Below, piece after piece: positions 12,897-25,221 of a DNA stretch of 64,000 bases. The translations under genes were made by a program, and so were the position numbers. Where the stretch lies: contig NC_043001.1 in the NCBI RefSeq assembly GCF_006345805.1, positions 24,490,001-24,554,000 on the forward strand. The letters are read 5' to 3'. Every line of letters starts with the position of its first letter. The first letter of the stretch is position 1. Below the pieces are notes generated by a model. The model was not told the DNA's origin, did no database searches, and saw only the letters and a list, made by a program, of their open reading frames with translations. Source of the stretch: Octopus sinensis. Its lineage: Eukaryota.

Positions 12897-13241
12897 AACT
12901 ATTACCTTTGACAAGCTATTTATTTTTTATTTTTTACGTTTATATATTTGTTTTGCAAGATTTTTGATGTGAAATCGTGTGTTGAAACAAATATTGTTGC
13001 ATTTCGGAATGGTCATTTTGCCAGTTTAGCCAATAAAAACATATGCACTATATATTTGGTATTACTTTGCTTCAATGTTATTTATTTTTTACATTAATTT
13101 TAATCTTATTTCGGCCACTGATGCGGTCACAGGAGTGTGACGAAAGAACTCTGGCCGAAATAAGATTAAGATTAATGTAAAAAATAAATAACACTGAAGC
13201 AAAGTAACACCAAATATATAGTGCGTGTGTTTTTATTGGCT
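12897..13241. mobile_element. Fold-back PLE-like element, 90-bp inverted arms (13028-13117, 13152-13241)
   Basis: 85/90 identity by eye; loop is an HHR core. Confidence 0.75.
13111..13158 (+). ncRNA. Type I hammerhead motif at hairpin apex (A9 position altered)
   Basis: GGCCA-CTGATGCG-GTCAC-AGGAGT-GTGAC-GAAA-GAAC-TC-TGGCC. Confidence 0.65.
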
Positions 13242-13334
13242 TGCATTTCACCCATTCCATACCCTCAGTTTGGATTCAATATATATATGTATGATGATGA
13301 TAATAATAATAATAATGATAATGATAATAATAAT

Positions 13335-14500
13335 ACTAATAATAAAAGGGAGTATAACTCCAAACTTACAGGGAAAAATTCAATTTAGTATTAAATCAAA
13401 TTTCACAATATAAATATATAATATATATAAATGAGAGAAAAACCACTATTATGTAATTCAAACGATGATAGATATAAACCATATCATATAGAAAAAAATA
13501 AAATATATTATAAAACATATATCTAGATCACAAAAAATACAAAAAACTGAATAAACATTATATAATAAGTAAAAAGACTACATACGTTTCGTGGCTATAA
13601 CTTCAATTACATAAGTAAATTAATTTGTCTAGAACTAATATTTCACTCTTTGATATACTATTGAATTTAATAATTATAATAAGTACTTTGTGTATTTTGT
13701 CAAAGAGTGAAATATTAGTTCTAGACATAAATTAATTTACTTATATAATAAGTTTAAATTATTTGTGAATATATTGTTGAAATATATACAAAATACTGTT
13801 GTAGAGTTGTGGCTGCAACGGTGTTGATATAAGATATTATTATAAGTCTATACATGTTTTGTATAGAGTTTAGTACATAGTTAGTTTCTGATCAAATTAG
13901 CTGTATATTTAATTAATAAATTAAAATATAATTTATTTAATTAATAAATATAGATTAAATTATTGTAATTTAGCTTAACTTAATTATATGATTTATTTAA
14001 AGTTTTCTTTAATTAATTAAACTCTTATATTTTTCTCCAGTAAAGATATACTATAGTTTGTTAATATTATTCTCAAAGCTAATATATATCTTCACAGATA
14101 AAATACATTTTTCTTTCTATGTACTCTATTTTTTACCTTGGGTTTTTAGCGAGATAAACGTATTATAGATAATATGTATTTATTTAACTATTATTGTTAT
14201 TATTGTTGACTTGAGGAGTGACTATATTTTTAAATTGAATTGTTTTGGGATTAAATTTAAATTCAATTGTAATTCGAATTGAAGTTATAGCCACAAAACG
14301 TACATAGTCTTTTTACTTGTTATATAATGTTTATTCATTTTTTTGTATTTTTTGGGGATCTAGATATATGTTTTATAATATATTTTATTTTTCTGTATGA
14401 TATGGTTTATGTCTGTCATTGTTTGAATTACATAATAGGGGTTTTTCTCTAATTTATATATATTATATGTATGTATATATATATATATAATAATGAAAAT
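13335..14500. mobile_element. PLE-like element with outer inverted arms (13416-13608, 14277-14468) and inner hairpin (~13607-13655 vs ~13698-13748)
   Basis: Arms complementary by eye; terminus related to the 1661-3282 element; degenerate HHR at 14208-14309. Confidence 0.7.
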
Positions 14501-14523
14501 AATAATAATAATAAAGGCCACAT

Positions 14524-14564
<41 letters not shown>

Positions 14565-14585
14565 CATGTATACACACACATACAT

Positions 14586-14990
14586 ATCATCATCATAATT
14601 TAATGTCTATTGTCCATGCTGGCACGAGCTGGACAGCTTGACCAAAGCTAGCTGCAGAGTTACACCAGAGTCCAATCTGATTTCTATGGCTGAATGCCCT
14701 TCCTAATGCCAACCACTTTACTGCGTGTGTTGGGTGCTTTTACATGGAACTGCACAGGCACTTTTACATGGCACCACCACGACTGCTTTTTACATGGTGC
14801 TGGCACAGGACTCTTGCAGTCTTAACACTTCAGCTACGGAATACAGGTCTTCTTCTTGGGTACAGCAAGGCACCAGGCATCTCAGTTCCTTTGTCATCTT
14901 GCCTGAAAGGTTCAACATCCTGAGGTCATACATCAATACTTCATCCTATGTCTTCTTGGATCTCCTGTGTCTGTGTGATATTTCCTTCAT
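14586..14990 (-). mobile_element. RTE LINE 3' end (ORF C-terminus plus 3' UTR), old
   Basis: Minus translation RRSKKT*DEVLMYDLRMLNLSGKMTKE resembles RTE C-terminal GRPRKTW segment; continues into family C UTR and (GAT)n. Confidence 0.65.
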
Positions 14991-15277
14991 CTACATATGT
15001 TTTGCTCACTGATTGTAAACAATAACTTCATTTATGGTGTTGTTTGCTTGCAATCCATCAAGAAAGCATATTCAAGCTTCTTGAAGCATTGCATGATATT
15101 TATAAACAAAGCATTCATCGTATGGTTTCATTTGTTTCCAGTTCTCCAAGCAAACATGTCTGGGAGGTTATTATTACCTCTCTTGGAAATAAATGGGTGT
15201 TGGCTACAACAAACATCCAATGGTAGAAAACTCTACCCTACTATTTGCTACCACCACTGAGATCTGCACCCACAGAT

Positions 15278-15480
15278 CATCATCATCATCATCGTTTAAT
15301 GTCCGCTTTCCATGCTAGCATGGGTTGGACGATTTTACTGAGGTCTGGTGAACCAGATGGCTGCACCCGACTCCAGTCTTGATCTGGCAGAGTTTCTACA
15401 GCTGGATGCCCTTCCTAATGCCAACCACTCCGAGAGTGTAGTAAGTGCTTTACCATCGACACGAGGGCCAGTCAGGATGA
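15278..15480 (-). mobile_element. Family C 3' fragment
   Basis: High similarity to other copies. Confidence 0.88.
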
Positions 15481-15924
15481 TAGAAAACTCTGCCCTAATA
15501 TCTGATTCATGTGATTTCAGGAGAATTTTATCTAAACAAAGTCTTAGTTAAGAGAAAATTCCTGAAACCTTTCAAATTTATATAATCTCGTTTTAAGTAT
15601 AAGTTTGAAAGCTGAGTCAAGAGAGAAGAGTCACATCTAGTTGAAATCTCCAAACAATTTAAATGCACAAATCTCTGGTATCGAAGTGGCTAAAAAGTAT
15701 CAGCAGAAAGGCACCCAGGGGTCATGACTTGGATGTGGTCCGATGCCCTTAGCATCTAAGAAGTTAAAGGCCAAAACGCTTCCCTGAATGAGGTTTCTTC
15801 TCTGAAGGCCTTCTATTCTTCAGTTCTCTTGACGGTGTCTTACAACATGTGAAATTTAACTTTATGAGAAAGAAAGAAACAGATTAATAAAGTAATATAA
15901 TTTTTATATGCAGGTTCTTTGAGA

Positions 15925-16227
15925 GGAGGAATTACAACCGTGTTTCATGGTCTGCTACCACAACAGCTCCTTTATAGGATCCAGTTAGCTCAAGACATCA
16001 TCAAGAGGAACCATGTCCGGTTTCGGCCCCTATTCCTCTACCGTTTTGACGTGGCGCCCCCCTTTCGGAGGTGTCTTCAGCTCTGGTGTTGGGTGCATGT
16101 CTTCTTTCTCCTTCTTTCTTCTGTTACCTGGCCTCTTTGATGTATCGTCAGCGAGTGTCAGCCGGTGACTGACTGTCTTGTCAAATTTCTCCCTTTAAAT
16201 ACATGCCGCTTAGGCTCCAGCAGGCAG
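15925..16227. mobile_element. LTR/pseudo-LTR-like dispersed repeat, copy 1
   Basis: Aligns with 25222-25519; TATTTAAA box on minus strand; GC-richer than flanks. Confidence 0.6.
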
Positions 16228-16477
16228 GAATGAATTTCAAGTCTTATCCATGATCAAAAAGGTTGGAAAATGTTGGCTTAGACAATTATAGTCATCACCT
16301 GCATACATATATTTATGTAGCGTGAAGATCCCTCTCTGAAATAATATAAATAAACATATGTAGATAGGTTCATTTCGATGTTAGCAATTATAAAAATATA
16401 TAGTTACAAGAAACATGCCGTCTTGGTAGGCAGCAGGGGTGGCAGTGCTTACTCAAAGTAAAATTATAAATATTCAT

Positions 16478-16680
16478 TATTCGTTCCAAATTTTGGTACA
16501 AGGCCAGCAATTTTGGGGGAGGTGATAAGTCGATTATATCAACCCCAGGGGTCAACTGGTAATTATTTTATCAACTCCAAAATGACGAAAGGTAAAGTTG
16601 ACCACAGCAGAATTTGAACACCAGACAAATGAAATGTCACAAAGTATTTTGTCTGGCATACTAATAATTCTGCCTTATAA
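16478..16680 (-). mobile_element. Family B SINE monomer, degraded
   Basis: Core plus GGCCTTGTACCAAAATTTGGAA tail. Confidence 0.75.
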
Positions 16681-17256
16681 ATATTAATTATTAAACATAG
16701 AATGTTAATTATTTTGTATTTCATTATAAAAAAAAATAGTAATTTAAGCTTGAAAATCAATATATAATTCAGTACACAGTTGATATTTTTATGCTAGACA
16801 GGTACAGTGTCTCTGTGTAGTTCAACCTATATATATTATTATCATCATCATCATCGTTATGATAAGGATCGTCATCATCATCATTATCACCATCATTGCT
16901 GTCGTTTTAACGTTCCCTTTTCCATGCTTGCATGGGTTGAGTGGTGTTTATTGAGGTGAGTTTTCTACACCCAGATGCCATTCCTGCTGCCAAACCTCAA
17001 CTGTTATCAAAGAGATAATGCTTCTCCACGGCCAGACATGGGTTTTTTTTTAACTGAACAACACTGATTATATGACCTCTGATAATGATGTTCATCTACA
17101 ACTGTCACATGATGTCTAGACAAGATTACACACAAGATACACACACACGCACACAATACTATAGTATACTATTGGGACTGAACCAGGAACCATGTTTGGT
17201 AAGCAAGCTTTCTACCACACAACCATGCCTGCAACTATATATATATATATGTATGT

Positions 17257-17324
<68 letters not shown>

Positions 17325-17326
<2 letters not shown>

Positions 17327-17572
17327 CATCATCATCATCATTGTTGGACAATTTGACTGAGGACTGGCAAGCAAGATGGCTGCACCAGGTTCCAATCAGA
17401 TCTGGCAGAGTTTCTACAGTTGGATGCCCTTCCTAATGCCAACCACTCCAAGAGTGTAGTGGGTGCTTTTACATGCCACCGGCACGAGGACCGGTCAGGA
17501 AGTATTGGTAACAGCCACGCTCAAATGGTGTTTTTATGTGCCACCTGCACAGGAGCCAGTCCAGCGCAAGTG
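17325..17572 (-). mobile_element. Family C element
   Basis: High similarity to other copies. Confidence 0.88.
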
Positions 17573-18786
17573 GTACATAGAAACACCATATATATATTTA
17601 TATGTATATGCATATATATATGTATATATATATATATATATGTATATTCATGTATACATATATACACACACACGGATATATGTTTATATATATATGCATA
17701 TATACACACGTATGTGTGCACACCCTACACATACACATGCTCCACACAAATATGAGAAGAAATTATGTATGAGAAGATATAAAAACACAACATAATATAT
17801 TCAATTTGTTAAAATTCTAGGATGTTAAAAACTACTTATAACAAGGAATAAAACGTTGGCAAATTTGACTAATTTTGTTATAATATTAGAAAACCATATT
17901 CCATTCCAAAACAAATATTTCTGAAAACCTATCTTTATTCTTTCATTTTCGAGCGATTTTAAATAAGAACTAGCAAAAACAACAAAAAAAAAATGAAAAA
18001 AAACACAAATCAGATATTGACTGTGTGCCCTGATAAACAACTAGGACGTGTGTCTTGAAGAGGAACTGTCTGCCTGGTTTCAATTGCAAATCTCTTGAAT
18101 ATGAAGAGTGGGGTACTATTTGGCTAAATGCCAAGTTGGATAGGGAGATGAGATGAGTGGAAGAGGAGATGAGAAGTAGAGGAAGAGGAAAGTGTCTAAT
18201 TAGAACACCACCTGATATGTTGATTCTGCCATACACATTGTTGTAAAGTAGTTTGTGTAATAATTACAGCTATGTAAGCCAATATAGGTACACATTCTAT
18301 TCCAAAGATATCTTGAAAGCTTTCCATTTATTTGTCTAGCCGTAAATTTGACTATGTGAATCTGTGTCTAAAGATGTAGTCGCAAATGTTTAAATTTCAG
18401 AAATTATTTAGATTCAGGTAATATGATAAAGTTAAGTTAAATAAAGAAAATAATTTTAGTAATGGCCATCCTTACCTGGAATGTCAAATAACCTACATTT
18501 TTGTACTATATACCTTACAGATGTACAACATTTGTGTTAAATATTTATGTTAAGTACTTAGGAAACAGCAACTTGCCAAATGCATATGCACAAATACATA
18601 TGCATATATACACAACAACCCAGTTGCAATGTATATAAAGAAAATTCCATTGGTCTTCACACATACACACACACATGTGTGTGTTCAGAAAGTAAAAATG
18701 TGTTAACAAGATACCACGAGGAATCTTGTCTTCCACTTTATCTTTTCCTACCTTTGTCATCCTCGCTTTACATTACCTATTAATAG

Positions 18787-18815
18787 GGCTTCAAACAAAG
18801 CAATTTAGCAATTAG
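18787..18815 (+). CDS. Candidate 29-nt micro-exon (GFKQSNLAI)
   Basis: Long polypyrimidine tract, TAG acceptor, TAG/GTAAGA donor. Confidence 0.25.
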
Positions 18816-19063
18816 GTAAGACAGAATGGTATGATTTACCTACATAATCTGCAACTGAACTGTAAAAAAAAAAGATAATCCATTAGCACAAATAGCTAAA
18901 CTCAACTCCACCCACTGAAACAGAATTGCTTGTGATGGATTGATAGCACATCCATTTCATAGACTGCTAGTGTTTCAATCCCATAAAGCATCAAAGAACA
19001 ACACTGAATGGCTCTGAGACTCAGATTAAGGGAATATATTAATCATCTGTTATATTTGGGGAT

Positions 19064-19454
19064 ACTCTTTTTACTCTTTTATTTGTTTCAGTCATTTGAC
19101 TGCGGCCATGCTGGAGCACTGCATTTAGTCAAGCAAATCGACCCCAGGACTTATTCTTTGTAAGCCTAGTACTTATTCTATTGATCTCTTTTGCTGAACC
19201 ACTAAGTTACGGGGACGCAAACACACCAGCATCAGCTGTCAAGCGATGTTGGGGAGACAAACACACACACACTCATGTATATACATATATACGACGGGCT
19301 TCTTTCAGTTTCCGTCTACCAAATCCACTCATAAGGCTTTGATCGGCCCAAGGCTATAGTAGAAGACACTTGCCCAAGGTGCCACGCAGTGGGACTGAAC
19401 CTGGAACCATGTGCTTGGTAAGCAAGCTACTTACCACACAGCCACTCCTGCACC
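19064..19454 (-). mobile_element. Family A SINE, full length
   Basis: Reverse complement of family A consensus. Confidence 0.92.
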
Positions 19455-19777
19455 TATGGTCATATTTGCCAATGGTCATATTTTTGCTAATTAACCACAC
19501 ACACTATATACTTAGTCTTCACTTCAGCTCTGTTCATATTATTTTAGTGCCCTTTGTCTCAAATCTTTCATCATACATACTGTGGAGACTCTCCGAAGAG
19601 TCACTTAAGAGGTCACAGGATGTGTGACAGAAGATTTCAGTCAAGGGACCTTAAAATAAGAATAATAATAAAGCTGAAGTGAAGACCAAGTAATTGGCAA
19701 AAATATGAAATATAACAATATTTGTTTCACCCAAATATAACAGACACAGGAATATTTGTTTCAACACACAGTTTCCT

Positions 19778-20118
19778 TATTTACATTATTTACATTTGAC
19801 GGATATTTGTCCTCATCTTGTTTGTTGTTAACACAATGTTGTGGCTGATATACCCTCCTGCCTTCATTAGGTGTCTTGGGGAAATTTCAAACCTGGGTTC
19901 TTATTCATAAGGTATTTTTCGATGTTATTATAGCATCGAAAAATACCTTAAGAATGAGAACCCAGATTCAAAATTCCCCCAGGATACCTGATGAAGGCTG
20001 GAGGGTACATCAGCCGAAATATTGTGTTAACAACAAACAAGATGAGGACAAATATCTGTAAAATATAAATAATGTAAATAATGTACATAATTCCTCATCT
20101 CTCCAATATAGAACTGTA
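19778..20118. mobile_element. Palindromic PLE-like element with a minimal HHR motif on each ~150-bp arm
   Basis: Arms 19778-19927 and 19931-20080; right arm CTGATGA (19988-19994)-AGGCTG..CAGCC-GAAA (20016-20019); body shared with 50896-51046. Confidence 0.75.
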
Positions 20119-20500
20119 TTCTATAAATGAGTCTGACTTACAGCTAAAACAATATGTTGTTACTCTGCGGGTTCATACACCTTCTTCTCTCTTTATTCCT
20201 TTCTCTTCCAACAACATCCTTCTCAGATATTTTTGGTCAATCAATCATCTGTCTATTATTTTAACTTCATCCCACAGTGGGAGGTGATCTCTGTTTTTCT
20301 ATATATGATCAGCTATACCCTATGCTGTCTCATCTGCTGATTCTTAATAACATAACTTTTGAATTACACTCTGGTCTTAGTGCCAACACAATCGAATTGT
20401 ACCACATGAAGTTTTACTTGGAGATTTGTTTATAGCTTAGTCAAGTTCAGTGTCCCTTGTTATAGAGTGGCATTTTACAATTCATTCTTAACCTTAGGCT

Positions 20501-20910
20501 GAAGAAAGGCTGAGGACGCTCGACCTTTATTCTCTTGAAAAACGCCGCCGCCGTGGTGATCTCATTCTCGCCCACAACATCATAAGCGGAAAGTGTAACC
20601 TCTCGAAAGAGCTGTTCTTCACTCCTGCTCCAGGGCGTCGGCTGCGGGGTCATTCCGAAAAGCTCTACCTGCGACGATTTCATCTCAATCGAAGGAGAGG
20701 AGCTTTCTCCGTCCGGGTTGCGGATCCGTGGAACAAGCTGCCAGACAAGATGGTGAAGATGCCGACGACCGCTTCGTTCAAAGCCTCCCTTGACCTCAAG
20801 TGGCCTGAACTCTTTACATGAACACCACCCTGTACTTAACTCCATGTCCCCCTACATGGCCTTGCTATTTGCTTTTGAGCCAAATTAACTAACTAACTAA
20901 CTAACTAACT
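20501..20910 (+). mobile_element. CR1-clade LINE, 5'-truncated, young
   Basis: Open frame 20501-20821 EERLRTLDLYSLEKRRRRGDLI...FSVRVADPWNKLP...FT*; short 3' UTR; (TAAC)n tail. Confidence 0.92.
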
Positions 20911-21113
20911 TAAGAACCCTCATCCCAAAATATAAACAAATGAATAAAGAGCAGATTATTTTAATTAAACGGAAGCTAATTTTGTGCAGTGGTTTATTTT
21001 CCATATATTCTTAGATTATCCCATTTGCTATATGCTTCCTTTTAGGTATTTGCTACATTTTTATGAAAATTACTAATATAAGTAGTAAACATTACTAAAA
21101 GTGAGAAAATAAA

Positions 21114-21433
21114 GGTGCAAGAGTGGCTGTGTGGTAAGTAGCTTGCTTACAAACCGCATGGTTCTGGGTTCAGTCCCACAGCATGGCACCTTGGGCAAGT
21201 GCCTTCTACTATAGCCTCGGGCCGACCAAAGCCTTGTGAGTGGATTTGGTAGACGGAAACTGAAAGAAGCTCGTCGTTTAGATGTATATGTATATATATG
21301 TGTGTGTGTTTGTGTGTCTGTGTTTGTACCCACCAACATCGCTTGACAACCGATGCTGGTGTGTTTACATCCCTGTAACTCAGCAGTTCGTCAGAAAGGG
21401 ACTGATAGAATAAGTCCTGGGGTCGATTTGCTT
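21114..21433 (+). mobile_element. Family A SINE, 3'-shortened
   Basis: Consensus match. Confidence 0.9.
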
Positions 21434-22918
21434 ACCCCCTCCCATGAAACTGCTGGTCTTGTGTCAAAGTTTGAAGCCATTATTAAGCTAGCAGAATCGT
21501 TAGCACAAATGAAATTTTGATAGTAAGTTTTAATCTAGATAATTTTAAAACAGGTTCTTGTATCAGAAATCCAGAAGTGTTTCGCAGGTTAATATTAAAA
21601 GAGTTAAGACAACCACCAGCATGGTGGTGATATCAAGCTAAGTGACAGAGTAAGTCTGTCAGCTACGTTTATTAATTGTATCACTTAGAGTCCAAATAGA
21701 AGAAAGTTTTTGACAATTTCAGCCAGACATGAGCTTATAGTTAATTGTCAACAATCGAACGTCACTAATAGCCATTTCTATTTCATCTCTAAACCACTAA
21801 ACCACTAAGTAGATTAATAATAGCAGTATAATGGTACTGAGATAAAAGGACAGGTTGCCAAACAAGGAATGTCTCTAAGGGATTTAGCTTTTATGTAAAA
21901 GTTATGTTAAGGAATAGAAGCAAAGACGTCATTAGTAACGAGGCAAGGCAAGCGATAGTCATAGACAGCTGTTGATGGTTCTTTTATTACGTCAAACAGT
22001 TAAAAAATACTGTTCTGTCATAAGTTAAGGAGAAAAGCAAAAATAGAAAAAGAAAATGATAAATCTAAAAATGAACTAAACATAGATTTAGGTAGGATTA
22101 ATGTAAATACACTATGTATAAATAGAAAGAGAAAAAAGGAGAGGTAGAGAGGTGGAAGAGAAGTACTGAAAGAAGGGGTTATGATGAGATGGAAAGAAAT
22201 ATAAGAATAAGGGAGGAGTAAAAATTGAGTGAGAGATAATGAAGGAGATAAGAATGAGCAAATCCTCATAAATGTTACTAAAAGTGAGAAAAGAAAGAAA
22301 AAATAATTGAGAAGATGAAAAAGAGAAGAGAGAGGTGGAGAAAGTGGATGGGAGTAAATGAAAATAGTAAGATAGAAAGAAAAAAGTGCAGATGATAGAA
22401 AAGTATGAAGATATCTGTATTTATTTAGTGATGTTGATAGCTAAAGAACTAAAAATATGAATGCTATAGCAAAAAAAAGAACCCTAATGTATTACATAGT
22501 CTTGTCGTAAAAGGTACATGTAAACTGAAATTGTACTTGTTTGCTTGCGTGTTTGGATTATATGTTTATCAATGTGTATGTATGAGTGTGACTGTAAAGA
22601 ACTTGCAAGTAAACATAAAAGAACTTATTTGAAAATAGTCAAAATGATTATCAGTTGTGTGTGTGTGTGTGTGTGTGGAGGGGGGAGTTGTCCTGTTATT
22701 ATTATTATTATTGTACAATAATTGTAAATGAGAGTCACCATCATGCAAGCTCTGTCCTTCATTCAAAATCTTCCTTGAAAACATGTCTGATTATTGGAAA
22801 GAGATGGGAGTTGGTGCCAGGAAAGGCATTCTACCATAAAGATCTACTTCTGCAAATTCCATCTTTCCAATGCAAGCATAGAAAATATGGCAATAAAATG
22901 ATAATGATGATGATATAT

Positions 22919-22968
<50 letters not shown>

Positions 22969-22990
22969 TCATCATCATCATACATATATA

Positions 22991-23898
22991 CTTTGATTCT
23001 TTGATAGGTTTTGGCCATTATTGACCCAAGCCATTTCTAATTTAATAGCACCACCTGGCAAAGTCATTCAAATCAGGAATTGGACAACATAGCCCACTCG
23101 AGGAGAGAGTTTGTGTTTACAGAGACATATCTAGATGTAGGAGGTTTATCCAGGATTTTTTGAAGGAATTTGTCCAAAGACTTCTTGAATTTTATGGGGT
23201 CTGTTTCTGCTTAATGTGTCTTGGAGTAATGTTAAAGAGAACGGGGCCAATTGAGGTGAAATAATTGTGCCCTATTGTTGTTATGGGATGTGAGTATGAT
23301 TTATGTTGCGGGTAGATAGCATGGGGTCCAAGTCTTGGGTGTATCTTAAAGGCGATGCCAATATTATTTGAGCAATGCTGATGGAATATTTTCCACAGCA
23401 TGCAGATGATGTAGCACTCATGGCGGCATTGAAGAGAATAAAACTTGAGCTTTACTAGTCGACCCCAATAGCCAAAACCTGTCATGCCATCTCTCTTTTT
23501 TATAATCAACCTTTGAGGGGCTTCAATTTTCATGATACTTTGTTTCATGTGGTGAGATCACAGTAAACAACAGTATTCAAAGTGAGGTCTGGCAAAAGTA
23601 GAGAAGAGAAGGATAATGGTGTGAATATCTCTTGACTGGAAAGTTCTGAGAATCCAGGAGCATATTCTGCGGGCCATGTCAACTTTACTGTTTATATGAG
23701 TGGTCCAGCTTATGTTGTTGTCCACAATTACTCCCAAGTCCCTGATGTTGTTGGATGCCATGAGAGTTTCACCTGAAAGAAGGGAGTATAGGAGTTGCAA
23801 GTTATCCTCTTTTCTGAAGTGGATTAACTCAAATTTGTCCTTGTTCAGCAGCATATTATTCTTTTCTGCCCATTGGATGACCGCCAGTAGATCTGACT
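22991..23898 (-). mobile_element. CR1-clade LINE, RT C-terminal region, 5'-truncated, frameshifted
   Basis: NNMLLNKDKFELIHF..IRDLGVIVD..W..HI..ILRTF..RPHFEYC..KIEAPQR..YSLQCRHE motifs across ORFs 23558-23854 and 23192-23548. Confidence 0.9.
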
Positions 23899-23928
23899 GT
23901 CATCCAATGAGTGGAAAAGAATAATATG

Positions 23929-24092
23929 GTGTATATATGTATGTATGTATGTGTGTATATATGTATGTATGTGTGCATGTATGTATGTATGTATGTGTGT
24001 ATGTATGTGGGTATGTATATATGTATGCATGTGCGTATCTGTATCTGTGTGTGCATGTATGTGTGTATGTATGTGTGTGTGTATGTGTTTGT
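23929..24092. repeat. (TATG)n/(TG)n compound microsatellite
   Basis: Direct reading. Confidence 0.95.
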
Positions 24093-24249
24093 GTATGTAC
24101 AATTACAGTTCAAACTGGAATTTTAGTGGCATACCAAATTGAGCACTCTGAGTGCATACCTATTAGTTTGAGTCACCCTGATGAAAAACCTGCATATATT
24201 TTATATATGTGTATGTATGTAAAGAGGTATGTATGTCTAGGTACATATA

Positions 24250-24317
<68 letters not shown>

Positions 24318-24467
24318 ATATATATGTGTGTGTGTGTGTGTATATATATGTGTGTGTGTGTGTATATATATGTGTGTGTGTGTGTGTGTATATATATGTG
24401 TGTGTGTGTGTGTGGTGTATATATATGTGTGTGTGTGTGTGTATATATATGTGTGTGTGTGTGTGTG

Positions 24468-24501
<34 letters not shown>

Positions 24502-24522
24502 TATATGTGTGTGTGTGTGTGC
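24250..24522. repeat. Compound (TG)n(TA)n array with ~20-25 bp higher-order period
   Basis: About ten alternations of TG runs and TATATATA. Confidence 0.93.
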
Positions 24523-25221
24523 TTGTGGATGTGCATGTGAATAGATAGGTAGATAGATAAACAGACACACACACACACACTTGTAAAAATGTATCTGTGT
24601 TTGTATTTTTTTCATAGATTCACAGGGAAAAAAATAAATAAAAATAAGCCAACAATTAGGTTGACATATTTTCTCACTTATAAATTGGTTGGGTGTTATT
24701 ATGTCACAGTTGAAACTGAAGCTGGCTAAACATATTAATAGTTACTTCATATTGTTGTCAAGAAATAGTATATTTAGTTCCTTGGCTAATGAAGCCTCTG
24801 TGATATTTTAGTGTTCAGCTCATCAGTATTCCTCTCGCTGGTTAGCTGGAGAGATAATGCCAAGTATATAAAATATAAAATATTACCATTTGATGGTATA
24901 TTTTTTTGCAGTGTTTGTAGAATACATGGATTGATGGCTTGATGACTCTGAAGAATTTTGCCTGGTAGCTGAATATTGGAGAAGTACAGATAGTATCTTG
25001 AAATAAATTAGCTGGCTGAGTATAGAGAAAGATGAATGAATATTTAATGGTGTGGGAAGGAATCAAAAAAGGAATTGTAGATGGTGAGAGAAAAATAGAC
25101 TTTGTGGAACATTGAGTCGGTTGGTTATTGGCTGAAACAAAATCATGTTGATCAGCTGACACACCTTTGAGAAATCAGTAACCAAATATTTGAAATGTGT
25201 CTATTGAATATCTCCCTTCCA

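Noticed and set aside
18470-18495. Minus-strand CCAG/GTAAGG, possible second recursive site
   Set aside because: Weak polypyrimidine tract and a nearby upstream AG
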